Shown here one piece after another: positions 17,908-27,253 of a stretch of 64,000 nt of DNA (positions are counted from its first letter, which is position 1; every line of letters begins with the position of its first letter). Where the stretch lies: contig JBFWVL010000006.1 of the NCBI GenBank assembly GCA_050246755.1, forward strand, positions 32,001-96,000, given 5' to 3'. Under the pieces are notes generated by a model. It had not been told where the DNA came from, did not search any database, and saw only the letters and a program-made list of their open reading frames with translations. A program made the translations under genes and the position numbers. This stretch comes from Bacteriovoracia bacterium (GTDB lineage Bacteria; Bdellovibrionota; UBA1018; CAIPTA01).

Positions 17908-18101
17908 TCAGTCGGACGACTAAGTTGCCTCAGTTTTTTCTCAGTCGCTCGACTGAGGCATTTCAAGCGTAAGTGACTGATATGACGGAAATTCGGTTGC
18001 CGGTTTTTATGGGGGGTCACGGCCATACGGAAATTTGCTTCTGAGACGATTTTGCCGGGAGGCAAGGTCGTCGAAGGAGCAAGAAGTGACGAGGCCGTGA
18101 C
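17908..18101. other. Candidate oriT region with nested inverted repeats
   Basis: CTCAGTCG-CT-CGACTGAG (17940-17957); TGCCTCAGT/ACTGAGGCA (17926-17960); TCAGTCG-GA-CGACTAA (17908-17923); GTCACGGCC/GGCCGTGAC (18016/18093); directly downstream of the relaxase. Confidence 0.5.
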
Positions 18102-18159
18102 GGAGCGGCGGCGGGCCGGAGGAAGGATAGAGCGTATTAAATAACAAGAGGAGCTACAT

Positions 18160-18570
18160 ATAAGAGCAAAACTTTTTGTCGGATTTGTTGCAGTTCTAAC
18201 GATGAATGGATGTTCTACGCTGCGCGAGTCGCTGATTCTCGGCGCAGGAACCGGTGCGGTCGTCGGCGGCATCGCTGGCGGTCAGCGGCCCGGTGATCGT
18301 GGCGAGAACGCGATCATGGGTGCTGTGATCGGCGGTGTTGCCGCCGGTCTTGCGAGCTACGCCATCCACGGGGCACTGGAGAGGCGCGACGCGAACGTGC
18401 GCCGCGAGACGCTGATGAACCTGGAGCATTACGATGTTCTTGGCTTCGAGGGCCTGAACGCCAACCCCGGCGGCGACCGTAGCGGCAAGTGCTTCACCAC
18501 GCAGGAGGTTGACGGCCGGCTCATGTCGATTCCCTGCGACCTCGTGAATGGATCGGATGAGGCCAAGTGA
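18160..18570 (+). CDS. Glycine-zipper lipoprotein
   Basis: GAGGAG-N6-ATA start gives signal RAKLFVGFVAVLTMNG-C with a lipobox; GAGTGAVVGGIAGG and GAVIGGVAAG zippers. Confidence 0.75.
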   Translation: MRAKLFVGFVAVLTMNGCSTLRESLILGAGTGAVVGGIAGGQRPGDRGENAIMGAVIGGVAAGLASYAIHGALERRDANVRRETLMNLEHYDVLGFEGLNANPGGDRSGKCFTTQEVDGRLMSIPCDLVNGSDEAK

Positions 18571-18959
18571 GGAACGATCCCATGCAGCCGGGTGCGAATA
18601 AAGAATTCCTGCGCGTTGCCTTGGATAAACAAGCGGCTTTAGCTTTCGCGCAGATGGCAAACCGCCTGAAGGCCCAGAACCCGCACGTCCGGGTTCAGCC
18701 TTCGGCCTTCGTGAGTTTTCTGGTATCGGATTTCTTCACTACTTATTTTGAAAAGGATCTTGGGATTCTGGTGGCCGAGTTCTTCGACTCGAAGAGCTAC
18801 CACGAGGCGCAGTTGCGGCAAGCTAAGGCCCAGGGCGATTTTGAAAGGGTCATGTCGGAATCCCTGGTCACGATTCGGAAGATCAAGGCCAGGGCGCGGC
18901 GTAAAAGCGGCCAGAAGCGGAAGGCCAAGCCGTCGCCCACCTCCACGAGCGCCGAGTGA
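18567..18959 (+). CDS. Hypothetical protein with basic C-terminus
   Basis: GTGA overlap with the upstream stop; GAGG RBS. Confidence 0.6.
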   Translation: MRNDPMQPGANKEFLRVALDKQAALAFAQMANRLKAQNPHVRVQPSAFVSFLVSDFFTTYFEKDLGILVAEFFDSKSYHEAQLRQAKAQGDFERVMSESLVTIRKIKARARRKSGQKRKAKPSPTSTSAE

Positions 18960-19028
18960 AGCAATATAATCGTGCGCGGGAACGAAAAAATCTCTTGAAT
19001 AGTCTTCTAAAAGAGACTATATTGGCAA

Positions 19029-19274
19029 GTGATGGATCTGGACGAGTTCACGCTGGCAGACAGATTGAAGGAACAGCTTCTGACCTCCATCGAGAAGACG
19101 ATGGAGGATGCGAATATCAGCCAAGGGGAAGTTGCTCGGAGAATCGGCGCTCTCCGGCGGAACGTGAATCAGATCATGGGTCGGAAGAAAAACGCGTCCC
19201 TCGACTACATATTGAAAATGGCCGAGAGCATCGGCCTCGATGTGGAGATGAGGGTCAAGAAACCGAGGGCTTGA
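19029..19274 (+). CDS. XRE-family HTH regulator
   Basis: ISQGEVARRIG..RRNVNQIM...ASLDYILKMAESIG. Confidence 0.85.
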   Translation: MMDLDEFTLADRLKEQLLTSIEKTMEDANISQGEVARRIGALRRNVNQIMGRKKNASLDYILKMAESIGLDVEMRVKKPRA

Positions 19275-19360
19275 AGAAGGCCAGCGGTGACTTCGCCGAT
19301 TGCGGCGGGTGATTCATCCGATCCAAAATTGATGATGGTTTTTCGACCCCACAAGGGTCA

Positions 19361-19537
19361 TTGCTCTTTGACAATTCATGGTTAGATACGAAAGAGGCAG
19401 CGGTGTACTTGCGGACCTCTCCGAAGCAGATTCGGAGCTGGGTCTATCAAGGGAAAATCAGGGCCTACAAACTTCTCGGACGTAGTTACCGATTCAAAAA
19501 ACAGGATCTCGACTCCTTGCTGAAAGGGGTCGGATAA
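19361..19537 (+). CDS. xis: Excisionase (HTH_17/MerR-like), not in ORF track
   Basis: Reads LLFDNSWLDTKEAAVYLRTSPKQIRSWVYQGKIRAYKLLGRSYRFKKQDLDSLLKGVG; TAA overlaps the integrase ATG; start uncertain. Confidence 0.85.
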   Translation: MLFDNSWLDTKEAAVYLRTSPKQIRSWVYQGKIRAYKLLGRSYRFKKQDLDSLLKGVG

Positions 19538-20688
19538 TGTCGATTACGTCATATAAGAAAGAAGTTTTGCCAGGAGTGACCAAGAGATTCTTTTTGGTTT
19601 TGGCCGAGGGAATCAACAAGTACACCGGAAAGAGAGTCCAAAAGAAACGCAGGGGCATCACGTCGGAGGTAAAAGCCGAACGTGTTTACCGCGAGTTGTG
19701 GAGTCTATGCCGGGAAGAGCGGCCCGATGGTCCCGCGATCAAAACGTGGGGCGAGTTGAAGGCCGCTTATCTCGACTACGTTCAGAAGAACATCCGAAGC
19801 GAAACCAATAAACATGGTTTTAGCCCGAAGACGTTCGAGAAGAAAAAGAGCCGGTTCAATCATTTGAATGACTGGCACGATCTCCACCTCGCCCTCATCA
19901 ATCCGCAGCGGTTGCGGGAGCGGTTAGATACCCTGGAAGCCCAGGGTATCGCCACTCGTGAGTTGACCAGGGATATTCAGAAGGAAATCCGGTGCGTCTT
20001 CAGCTATGCGGTTGATCGAGGGGCACTCAGCGCGAACCCGCTGGCCGAGATGAAGAACAGGCCGGTTCCGAAAAAGCGAAAGCAGGCTTTGAATCACGAG
20101 GAGGCCAACAAGCTCCTCTCCGAAGCCCGCCACCGGAACCATCCCTATTTCTTCATCTGGTTGTTGTCGATTGCGCTGGGCCTCCGCCGGAGCGAGCTTG
20201 CCGGACTGAAATGGCTGGACATTGATTTTGAAAATCGTCTGGCCCATATCAGGCGGCAGGATATTCCGAGGGAGGGCATCGTCGATGATCTGAAGAACCA
20301 TAAGGAGCGGGTCGTTGCGATCCCGGCCTTCGTTATCCCGACTCTCAAGGAGTACAAGCTACGGTCGAAGACGGATTTTGTGATTGAGGTGGACTGCAAG
20401 CAGTGGAAAAGCGGCAACCAAGCCGCCGTGTTACGGGAGTTTTGCCGGGAAATCGGCATCAAGGAAGTGACGCACCACCGACTGCGGGCCACGCATATCA
20501 CGCTGGCTTTGGTCGATGGCATCCCCTTGGGGATCGTGAAAGAAAACGTGGGGCACTCGAAGCTGAGTACCACGGACGAATACTTCAGTTCGTCCGGTAT
20601 CCAGATGCGAGGCCAAACGGATGGACTGCGAATCAAAGTGCCAACGGGAGTGGAAGCGGAAGTGATGCCGCTCAGGGCTGCAAAATGA
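19537..20688 (+). CDS. int: Tyrosine recombinase/integrase
   Basis: GLRRSEL (R), LKNHKER (K), HRLRATH (HxxR), VGHSK (H), TTDEY (Y). Confidence 0.95.
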   Translation: MSITSYKKEVLPGVTKRFFLVLAEGINKYTGKRVQKKRRGITSEVKAERVYRELWSLCREERPDGPAIKTWGELKAAYLDYVQKNIRSETNKHGFSPKTFEKKKSRFNHLNDWHDLHLALINPQRLRERLDTLEAQGIATRELTRDIQKEIRCVFSYAVDRGALSANPLAEMKNRPVPKKRKQALNHEEANKLLSEARHRNHPYFFIWLLSIALGLRRSELAGLKWLDIDFENRLAHIRRQDIPREGIVDDLKNHKERVVAIPAFVIPTLKEYKLRSKTDFVIEVDCKQWKSGNQAAVLREFCREIGIKEVTHHRLRATHITLALVDGIPLGIVKENVGHSKLSTTDEYFSSSGIQMRGQTDGLRIKVPTGVEAEVMPLRAAK

Positions 20689-21021
20689 ACCCCTTCCATT
20701 CCCTGCCAGGTCGTGCTAACTATTTGAATTCATTGGCCGGGGATTACCCCGACCAATTTATTCTTCACGCAGTTAGCACAATCCCAAAATGGGCATCGTT
20801 CTAAGTAGTTAAATTCTCTCAGAGTCCATATTCGGTTTTTTGAGAATGTCACTCTACGTCCCCTGAGAACCCTGTAGTTCCCTGCCAAACCAATTGAGTA
20901 AAGTGCCGAAAAGAATGCTCCGCAAGGCAATCAATGGCGGAGGAAATCTAACCTGTGCGCTATCGACATCCACTTTAAAAAAATCATTTAGTTGCGGAGA
21001 GCCCACCAGCGCGAGGACGAC

Positions 21022-21801
21022 TCAATCTAATTTGCTCAGCATCCGATCCACCGACCGACTCATCTGCTTTAAAATGAAATCAGGTGCAATTCGGCTCATC
21101 ATTTTAAGCTGGTTGCTCTGGCCCGGCCGAATTTCGAATCGATCGTTCATCATGCCGTTGACCGCGACCTTCACCATATCTTCGACCTTCATGATCGAAA
21201 TGCCCTTCCTATCTTCTTCAGACAAGTCTCCGAGAAGCTCGGTTTGAGTGGCCGGCGGTGCAAGTTCAAAGACTTTCACTTTGGTGTTTTTGAGCTGGAC
21301 CCTCAGGGAAAGAGTATACGAGTGAAGTCCCGCTTTAGTGGCGCAGTAGACCGGAGAGACGGGGAGTGGAACAAACGCGAGACCTGAGGTCACGTTAACA
21401 ATTGCCGCCGCAGCTTTTGCTTTAAGGTGCGGCAGGAACTGTTTCACCATCCGAATCGGGCCATTCAAATTGATTTCAATTTCTTGCGTAAGATCAGTCA
21501 ATGTTCCGGTGGTGTCGTGAACGTTAATGGTCTTCATAATGCCGGCATTGTTGATCAGTATATTTAAATCAGGAAATTGTTTCGTGACTTGTTCGTACAA
21601 TGCAACAACCGCTTTAGGATCGCTCACGTCACTTTGAATTGTATGAATTTTTGGGAAACTTTTTTTAGTGCGCTCGAGCTTTTGCAAATCACGTCCAGTG
21701 ACAATGATGGTATTGTCGAGGTCACTCAGTTGCCTGATAAATTCAAAGCCAATTCCACTGGTGCCGCCTGTGATTAAAATCGTATTCTTTGTCATTTTCA
21801 T
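21022..21801 (-). CDS. SDR oxidoreductase (DltE-like)
   Basis: TGGTSGIG, NNAG, YCATK. Confidence 0.9.
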   Translation of the reverse strand: MKMTKNTILITGGTSGIGFEFIRQLSDLDNTIIVTGRDLQKLERTKKSFPKIHTIQSDVSDPKAVVALYEQVTKQFPDLNILINNAGIMKTINVHDTTGTLTDLTQEIEINLNGPIRMVKQFLPHLKAKAAAAIVNVTSGLAFVPLPVSPVYCATKAGLHSYTLSLRVQLKNTKVKVFELAPPATQTELLGDLSEEDRKGISIMKVEDMVKVAVNGMMNDRFEIRPGQSNQLKMMSRIAPDFILKQMSRSVDRMLSKLD

Positions 21802-21859
21802 AAAACACCTCCGAAAGATAATTTTGTCCGAGCTTGAGTCCGGGTTCAGCGGCCCAATC

Positions 21860-22792
21860 TTAACCTGAAAACGCCTCGGTCAACAGATCCTGTGCGGCCG
21901 TTGCGCCTGCCCACTGCCCAGTCGATAACGCGCCGACTACGGCATGTTGCATTGTCATACTGTCCCCACCGGCGTAGACTCCAGGAACACTTGTTCGATT
22001 CCATTCATCGACTTTGTAGAGGCCCTTTTCATTTTTTTCGCAGCCCAAACTCTCACCCACGTCAGACTTCATCTTAAAGGGCATTGGACCACCGCCCAAC
22101 ATGGCGTCGAGTTCAAATCGCTTACCCCCCGCAATCACCGCTTGCAGAGCATTCCCATCGTGGATCAGCTTTTCCACCGGATGCTCGATGATCCGCACTT
22201 TTCTGCACCGGAACATTTCCGTCTGCTCGGAGGTCAGCTCGCTTTTGCCGTGAGTGAACAGAGTGATGTCAGAAGTCACGCCCGAGATCATAGGAACGAA
22301 GCGCATGGCCGCAGCGCCATTGGCAAACACGCCCATTCTTTCACCTCGGTGTTCATAAGCATGACAAAACGGGCAGTGAAATAGGGATTTGCCCCAAAGC
22401 TCTTGCATGCCTGGGATCGGGGGTAATCGGTCTTCAACCCCGTAGGCAAGAATGACCTTCTTGACCTTCACCGCGCTCTTGGACGAAAGCGTGGCTTCAA
22501 ATCCTCCATGTACCTTAACGACCGAGGCTACGGCTCCCTCGAAAAAATGGACAGTATCGTACCTCTCGATGTCGATCCTTGCTTTCTTGCGCCATTCAAG
22601 AGGCGATAGACCTTCATGGCTCGCGAAGTTATACATATGTGCGGCCGCTAGGTTGCGGGGACGATAGTCGTCGCAGACCAAGACTGACCGCCGCAACCGA
22701 CCCAATGACATAGCTGCTCCTAATCCAGCGGGTCCGCCCCCGATGACTAGGACCTCGTGATCCCACTTCACTCTGTTTTCAGGGAAATTCAT
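21860..22792 (-). CDS. NAD(P)/FAD-dependent oxidoreductase, thioredoxin-reductase-like
   Basis: IGGGPAG, HCPFCH, TSVPGVYAGGD; ATG 22792 overlaps the tetR stop. Confidence 0.9.
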   Translation of the reverse strand: MNFPENRVKWDHEVLVIGGGPAGLGAAMSLGRLRRSVLVCDDYRPRNLAAAHMYNFASHEGLSPLEWRKKARIDIERYDTVHFFEGAVASVVKVHGGFEATLSSKSAVKVKKVILAYGVEDRLPPIPGMQELWGKSLFHCPFCHAYEHRGERMGVFANGAAAMRFVPMISGVTSDITLFTHGKSELTSEQTEMFRCRKVRIIEHPVEKLIHDGNALQAVIAGGKRFELDAMLGGGPMPFKMKSDVGESLGCEKNEKGLYKVDEWNRTSVPGVYAGGDSMTMQHAVVGALSTGQWAGATAAQDLLTEAFSG

Positions 22793-23457
22793 TTCATACT
22801 CCTTGGTTGATCGTTCTTTTGTGTGACGAACAAGCCGGACTGAACATTCCGCCATGCCGATTCAAGGGCCAAAAGGCTGTTGAATCCATCTTTTCCAATC
22901 AAAAAATTCAAACGACCTTCAATGAGGAGCATCGCCAGGCCATGGATCGACGACCACATCTGCACCGAGATGGCGTTGATGTCCTCTCTATTTTTATCCG
23001 GAAAAATTTCCGAAACCGACAAATGCAAATTTTCAAAGCATGCTTTGCTGGCTGATTTCAGCTCTGGATTGTCAGCATCCAATCTCGATCCAAACATGAC
23101 TTTGTAGAGCGCCGGATTGCTTTTTGCGAATCGTAAATACTCAACAGAAGCAACTGAACATGGATTTTCGGCGTCTTTGGGCATGCTCAGAAATTTGGCC
23201 CGTAGCTTTGAAGACAAAGATTGAAATCCTTCAACGGCAAGACTGTTCAAGAGCCCATTGGCATCCTGAAAGTGATGGGCGGGAGCGCTGGGGGAAACCC
23301 CTGCACGGGCAGCGCACTTACGCAGCGTGAACCCCTCGTATCCAACTTCCTCAAGAAGCTCAGAAGCCGCGACCATCAGGGCGCGCTTTAAATCGCCGTG
23401 ATGATAGTCCGTTGTGCGAGTCGTTGATTTCCTCTTTTTCTCTTTCTTTGCAACCAT
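22789..23457 (-). CDS. TetR/AcrR family regulator (WHG-type C-terminus)
   Basis: YHHGDLK...FTLRKCAARAGVSPSAPAHHF; WSSIHG. Confidence 0.9.
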   Translation of the reverse strand: MVAKKEKKRKSTTRTTDYHHGDLKRALMVAASELLEEVGYEGFTLRKCAARAGVSPSAPAHHFQDANGLLNSLAVEGFQSLSSKLRAKFLSMPKDAENPCSVASVEYLRFAKSNPALYKVMFGSRLDADNPELKSASKACFENLHLSVSEIFPDKNREDINAISVQMWSSIHGLAMLLIEGRLNFLIGKDGFNSLLALESAWRNVQSGLFVTQKNDQPRSMK

Positions 23458-23502
23458 TTAGAGCTCCTTTCCCTGGTTTGGTTTGAGTCAGCCTAACATG
23501 CT

Positions 23503-23552
23503 ATCTTGACACTGACAAGATTCCGATCTAGTAATCTAGACACCGTTAAGAT
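23503..23552. promoter_or_regulatory. Two 19-bp palindromic TetR operators in the divergent promoter
   Basis: ATCTTGACACTGACAAGAT (23503-23521) and ATCTAGACACCGTTAAGAT (23534-23552). Confidence 0.7.
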
Positions 23553-23561
23553 TGGAGCCTA

Positions 23562-24218
23562 ATGATGGATCACTTGTCAATGAATAAGAAAATCTATGTC
23601 CTAGCCCTCAGCTTACTTTTGATGCCACAGGGGGCGAGTGCCACCGATCATAGGGTCTCAATTATCAAAGCCGAGCCCGTCTCAGCGACCGTACCGCTGA
23701 CATTGATTGCTGATGTTTCAGATTCGCCTGATAGCAAAGTCACTTCGCTGGCCGGGCGGAACTATCGTCTCTCGATTCTGGTTCCCAGGGGCACGGTCTT
23801 TAATTTGTCGCTCGGCTCAAGTGTGCCGGTGGCCTTACCAACGATCCATCACCGAAATGCTCGAGCAAAAGTGAGTTCGATTTCCAAAACCAAAATCGAG
23901 CTTATGCTCGCCAACCAAGTTCAGCTGCTCGAAGGTCAAAGGCTGCGGGTGACTCTTCCGGCAAAGCCGGTCCATCTTTATCGGATTCCTTTCCAGGCCG
24001 TTTACAGCCCAAGAGGCATAACAGCTGAGGTTTTTGTTCTATCAAGTGATCAACGAGTGAATCTTGTTCCCATCGTTCCTCTCCGTGTACTCTCAAACGG
24101 AAACGTCGTCGTTTTCTCCGATCAACTCAAAGGCGCCACTATCGTCGTGCAAGGAACAGACAATCTTGTCTCGGGAGATAAAGTTCAAGTCATCGAACAG
24201 AAAGAAGCTCATTTATGA
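23562..24218 (+). CDS. Short RND membrane-fusion/adaptor-like protein
   Basis: Signal peptide; IPFQAV...VFV...LKGATIVVQGTDNLVSGDKVQV is a typical MFP C-terminus. Confidence 0.7.
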   Translation: MMDHLSMNKKIYVLALSLLLMPQGASATDHRVSIIKAEPVSATVPLTLIADVSDSPDSKVTSLAGRNYRLSILVPRGTVFNLSLGSSVPVALPTIHHRNARAKVSSISKTKIELMLANQVQLLEGQRLRVTLPAKPVHLYRIPFQAVYSPRGITAEVFVLSSDQRVNLVPIVPLRVLSNGNVVVFSDQLKGATIVVQGTDNLVSGDKVQVIEQKEAHL

Positions 24219-27200
24219 TCTCACTCAAAAACAAGATTGGGATCTTTGCTTGGCAAAGGCTATTGCTCACGATTGGTGCTTTGTTAGTTCTCAACGGAGT
24301 GCTGAGCTGGTTTTCCACTCCGCGCGAAGAAGACCCGCGTCTTCCTCCGCGCCAAGGAAATATCGTCGTGATTTTCCCCGGGTCAACTCCGGAAGAAGCG
24401 GAACGGTTGGTCGTTAAGCCTATTGAAGATGAACTGGCAAAAGTTGAGGAAATAAAAGAGATCCGGTCCCGGATTCATACCGATCTTAGCTTTTTTGAAG
24501 TCAAACTCAAGGACACGGTCGCTCATTCAGAATCCGAAATCGTGTGGGATAAAGTTCAAAGAGCGCTCGACAAAGCACAGCTCAAATTTCCGGATACGGT
24601 TTGGAAACCAGATCTCAACCGGGAAATATTCGATCAAGATGCCGTGTTCATCGCTCTTTATGGCGAAGTGGATCGTCTTAAGTTGTACGACCTGGCACGC
24701 GACTTAAAAGACAAAATACAACTGCATCCGATGGTCAAATTCGTGGATGAGGTAAGCTCTCCAGGCGAGCAACTGACCGTTCTCGTGGATTATAAAAAGC
24801 TCGGTCAGCAAGGTATTTCCATCGCCAATTTCTTGAGCCAACTCAAAGGCGGAAACGCCAATGTTCCGTCCGGATACGTTCGTCTGGAGGACCGAAAAAT
24901 CAGTGTGGTAACGAACTCATTTTACAAGTCCGCCGAAGAGCTTCAGAAATTTCCAGTTGTCGTGAAGTCAGGGGAAACAATTCTCTTGTCAGAGGTCGCA
25001 AGCGTTTCAAGAACCACCGCGCTTCCCGTTCGAGAAAAGATGCTATTCAATGGGCATCAGGTCGTCGGAGTTGGAGTCGTCGCCCAAAAAAGAGTGAATC
25101 TTCAGGTTTTTGGCGAAGAGGTTCGAAAGATTATCGAAGAGTTCAAGAATACTGAGGAGTTCAAAAAGAGCGGTGTCAAGACAGAAGAAATCAGCTTCCA
25201 GCCCCGCTATGTTGAAGAACGAATTCACGAGATCGGACTCGATTTGCTGAAGGCCATAGTTCTGGTCGGTGGAATTCTCATGCTGATGCTGGGGGTTCGC
25301 GTGGGCTCAATTGTCGCCATTCAGGTTCCGCTCGTTACCGCGATCGCATTTGGACTGTTTTCGCAATTGGGCGGAACTATCAATCAAATTTCGGTCGCCG
25401 CATTCATTCTGGCGATCGGACTGCTGGTCGATAACGTGGTGGTGATCGTTGATGGGATTCAGTCAAAACTAGACCAAGGCTTGGACCCCATCGAAGCTGG
25501 CGAGAGAACTCGCAAAGAGTATCTTATTCCGCTCCTTGCCGGAACTTTGACGACGATCGCCGCATTTCTTCCGATGCTGATCGCACAAGGAAACGCGGCC
25601 GACTTCACGCGCGATATCGGTATTATCTCCACGATCGGTCTGGGCGGCAGTTATCTGTTCTGCATTTTTATCACTCCGCTACTGGCGGCAAAAATGCTTA
25701 AAAAAGGCAAATCCCGTCAATGGGTTTTCGTGACTCCGCTTGGTGAAAAACTGGGTGGACTCGTCCATGCTCATTCCAAATTAATTTCGATAACCGCGAT
25801 GGTTGCCGTCGTAGTCGCAATGCTCGGTTTTGGTTTTGTAAAAAAGCAGTTTTTTCCTAATGCGGATCGCGACTTAGTGATTGTTGACGTTCAGTTACCG
25901 GAAGGAACGCATCTTAAAACGACAGAAGAGACGACCAGACGGCTGGAAGAAGAGATCCGCAAGGACAAGCGGGTTGTTTCCATCGCCAGCGTCATCGGTC
26001 GTGGAGTTCCACCGTTCTACTATAACCTTCCAAGAGAACCAAATGCTCCTCACGTAGCTCAAATGATCGTGAAAACGGTCGACGCCAAGAGTGCGGTAGC
26101 CTTTAAAAGAGACCGACAAAATGATCTCGCAAGGCTTGCACCTTTCGGCACATTGATCGTGAGAGAATTAGCGCAGGGGCCGCCCGTTAAAGCACCAATC
26201 GAAGTTCGCATCTTTTCCGAAGACCCTCTCAAGCTTCAACAAATGGCTCAAAAAACGTTCGCTTTGGTGCGCGCAGCGCCCGGAATTGCGAAAGTTCGAT
26301 CCACGCTCGGTGTCGGATCCCTAAATTACAAGATTGACGTCAATGACGGTGCCGCAGGCCTTTACGGTCTCACCAGAGCTGATGTTTCTGCGGTTATTCT
26401 TTCGCGAACCACCGGAGTGCCCGCCACTACGTTTCGAGGTGGATCAGATCCTTACGCGGTCACCTTGCTGTCAACCCAAAATGAGAACTCCCAGTTCTCC
26501 GAACTGGAAGAAAGTTATCTTGGGTCGACCCGAACCGATGATCTGACTGTGCAGACTTTGGTTCACAGTGGGTTCAAATTCAGCCCATCGGTTCTCGAGC
26601 ATATGAATCGAACCCCCGTGGTTTATATCTACGGCGAGCTAGCCGATGGATTTTCAGAAAATGACGTCGCGGCAAATACGGCTGATCAGCTCAAAAAACT
26701 GCAGCCAGAAGATGGAGTCCGCGTCGAGCTCGGCGGGGCAATGAAAGAAGCGCAGGACATGCAGCAGAGAATCTTCGCCGCACTTCCGTTCGCTATGTTT
26801 CTTCTTCTGATTTCTCTTTTATTTGAGTTCAATTCTTTTCGAAGAATTGGAATCATTCTTCTCACGATCCCTTTGTGCGTCGTTGGGTCAGTTCCTGGTT
26901 TGCTTCTGACCGGGAGCACATTTGGATTTATGACACTTCTTGGTCTCTTTGCATTGGCCGGAACCGTTATTCACAACGGAATTTTTCTCCTCGACTACAT
27001 CGATCACAGGCGGCACGAAGGCATCCCACTCGATCAGGCGGTCACTGAAGGAATTCAACGCCGCATGCGTCCGATCATTTTGACGGCCGCCGCGACCATT
27101 GTGGAATTACTTCCAATGACGATGTCCTCGGCGACTCTGTGGCCGCCATTTGCATGGGTGATTATCTCAGGCCTCTTGGTATCAACTCTGATGACCCTTC

Positions 27201-27253
27201 TGGTAATCCCCGCGGTATATAAGCTTACATTTCAGAAAGAGGCTCACTTATGA
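24215..27253 (+). CDS. RND efflux permease (AcrB/MdtB/CzcA family)
   Basis: 1012 aa; PREEDP, IGLLVDNVVVIVD, RMRPIILT. Confidence 0.95.
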   Translation: MISLKNKIGIFAWQRLLLTIGALLVLNGVLSWFSTPREEDPRLPPRQGNIVVIFPGSTPEEAERLVVKPIEDELAKVEEIKEIRSRIHTDLSFFEVKLKDTVAHSESEIVWDKVQRALDKAQLKFPDTVWKPDLNREIFDQDAVFIALYGEVDRLKLYDLARDLKDKIQLHPMVKFVDEVSSPGEQLTVLVDYKKLGQQGISIANFLSQLKGGNANVPSGYVRLEDRKISVVTNSFYKSAEELQKFPVVVKSGETILLSEVASVSRTTALPVREKMLFNGHQVVGVGVVAQKRVNLQVFGEEVRKIIEEFKNTEEFKKSGVKTEEISFQPRYVEERIHEIGLDLLKAIVLVGGILMLMLGVRVGSIVAIQVPLVTAIAFGLFSQLGGTINQISVAAFILAIGLLVDNVVVIVDGIQSKLDQGLDPIEAGERTRKEYLIPLLAGTLTTIAAFLPMLIAQGNAADFTRDIGIISTIGLGGSYLFCIFITPLLAAKMLKKGKSRQWVFVTPLGEKLGGLVHAHSKLISITAMVAVVVAMLGFGFVKKQFFPNADRDLVIVDVQLPEGTHLKTTEETTRRLEEEIRKDKRVVSIASVIGRGVPPFYYNLPREPNAPHVAQMIVKTVDAKSAVAFKRDRQNDLARLAPFGTLIVRELAQGPPVKAPIEVRIFSEDPLKLQQMAQKTFALVRAAPGIAKVRSTLGVGSLNYKIDVNDGAAGLYGLTRADVSAVILSRTTGVPATTFRGGSDPYAVTLLSTQNENSQFSELEESYLGSTRTDDLTVQTLVHSGFKFSPSVLEHMNRTPVVYIYGELADGFSENDVAANTADQLKKLQPEDGVRVELGGAMKEAQDMQQRIFAALPFAMFLLLISLLFEFNSFRRIGIILLTIPLCVVGSVPGLLLTGSTFGFMTLLGLFALAGTVIHNGIFLLDYIDHRRHEGIPLDQAVTEGIQRRMRPIILTAAATIVELLPMTMSSATLWPPFAWVIISGLLVSTLMTLLVIPAVYKLTFQKEAHL

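Larger units (their letters stand above)
1..20950. mobile_element. Integrative conjugative element, right-hand portion (left end outside window, right boundary approximate)
   Basis: T4SS-like operon, FtsK-type ATPase, relaxase-like gene, excisionase and tyrosine integrase all on the + strand, ending in a repeat-rich non-coding region after the integrase. Confidence 0.8.

Noticed and set aside
18956-19312. 118-aa + strand ORF
   Set aside because: It overlaps the clear XRE HTH gene in another frame and has no recognisable motifs.
20935-20943. tRNA gene
   Set aside because: Only a 9-nt match to a tRNA-like 3' end with no cloverleaf; kept only as a weak att candidate.
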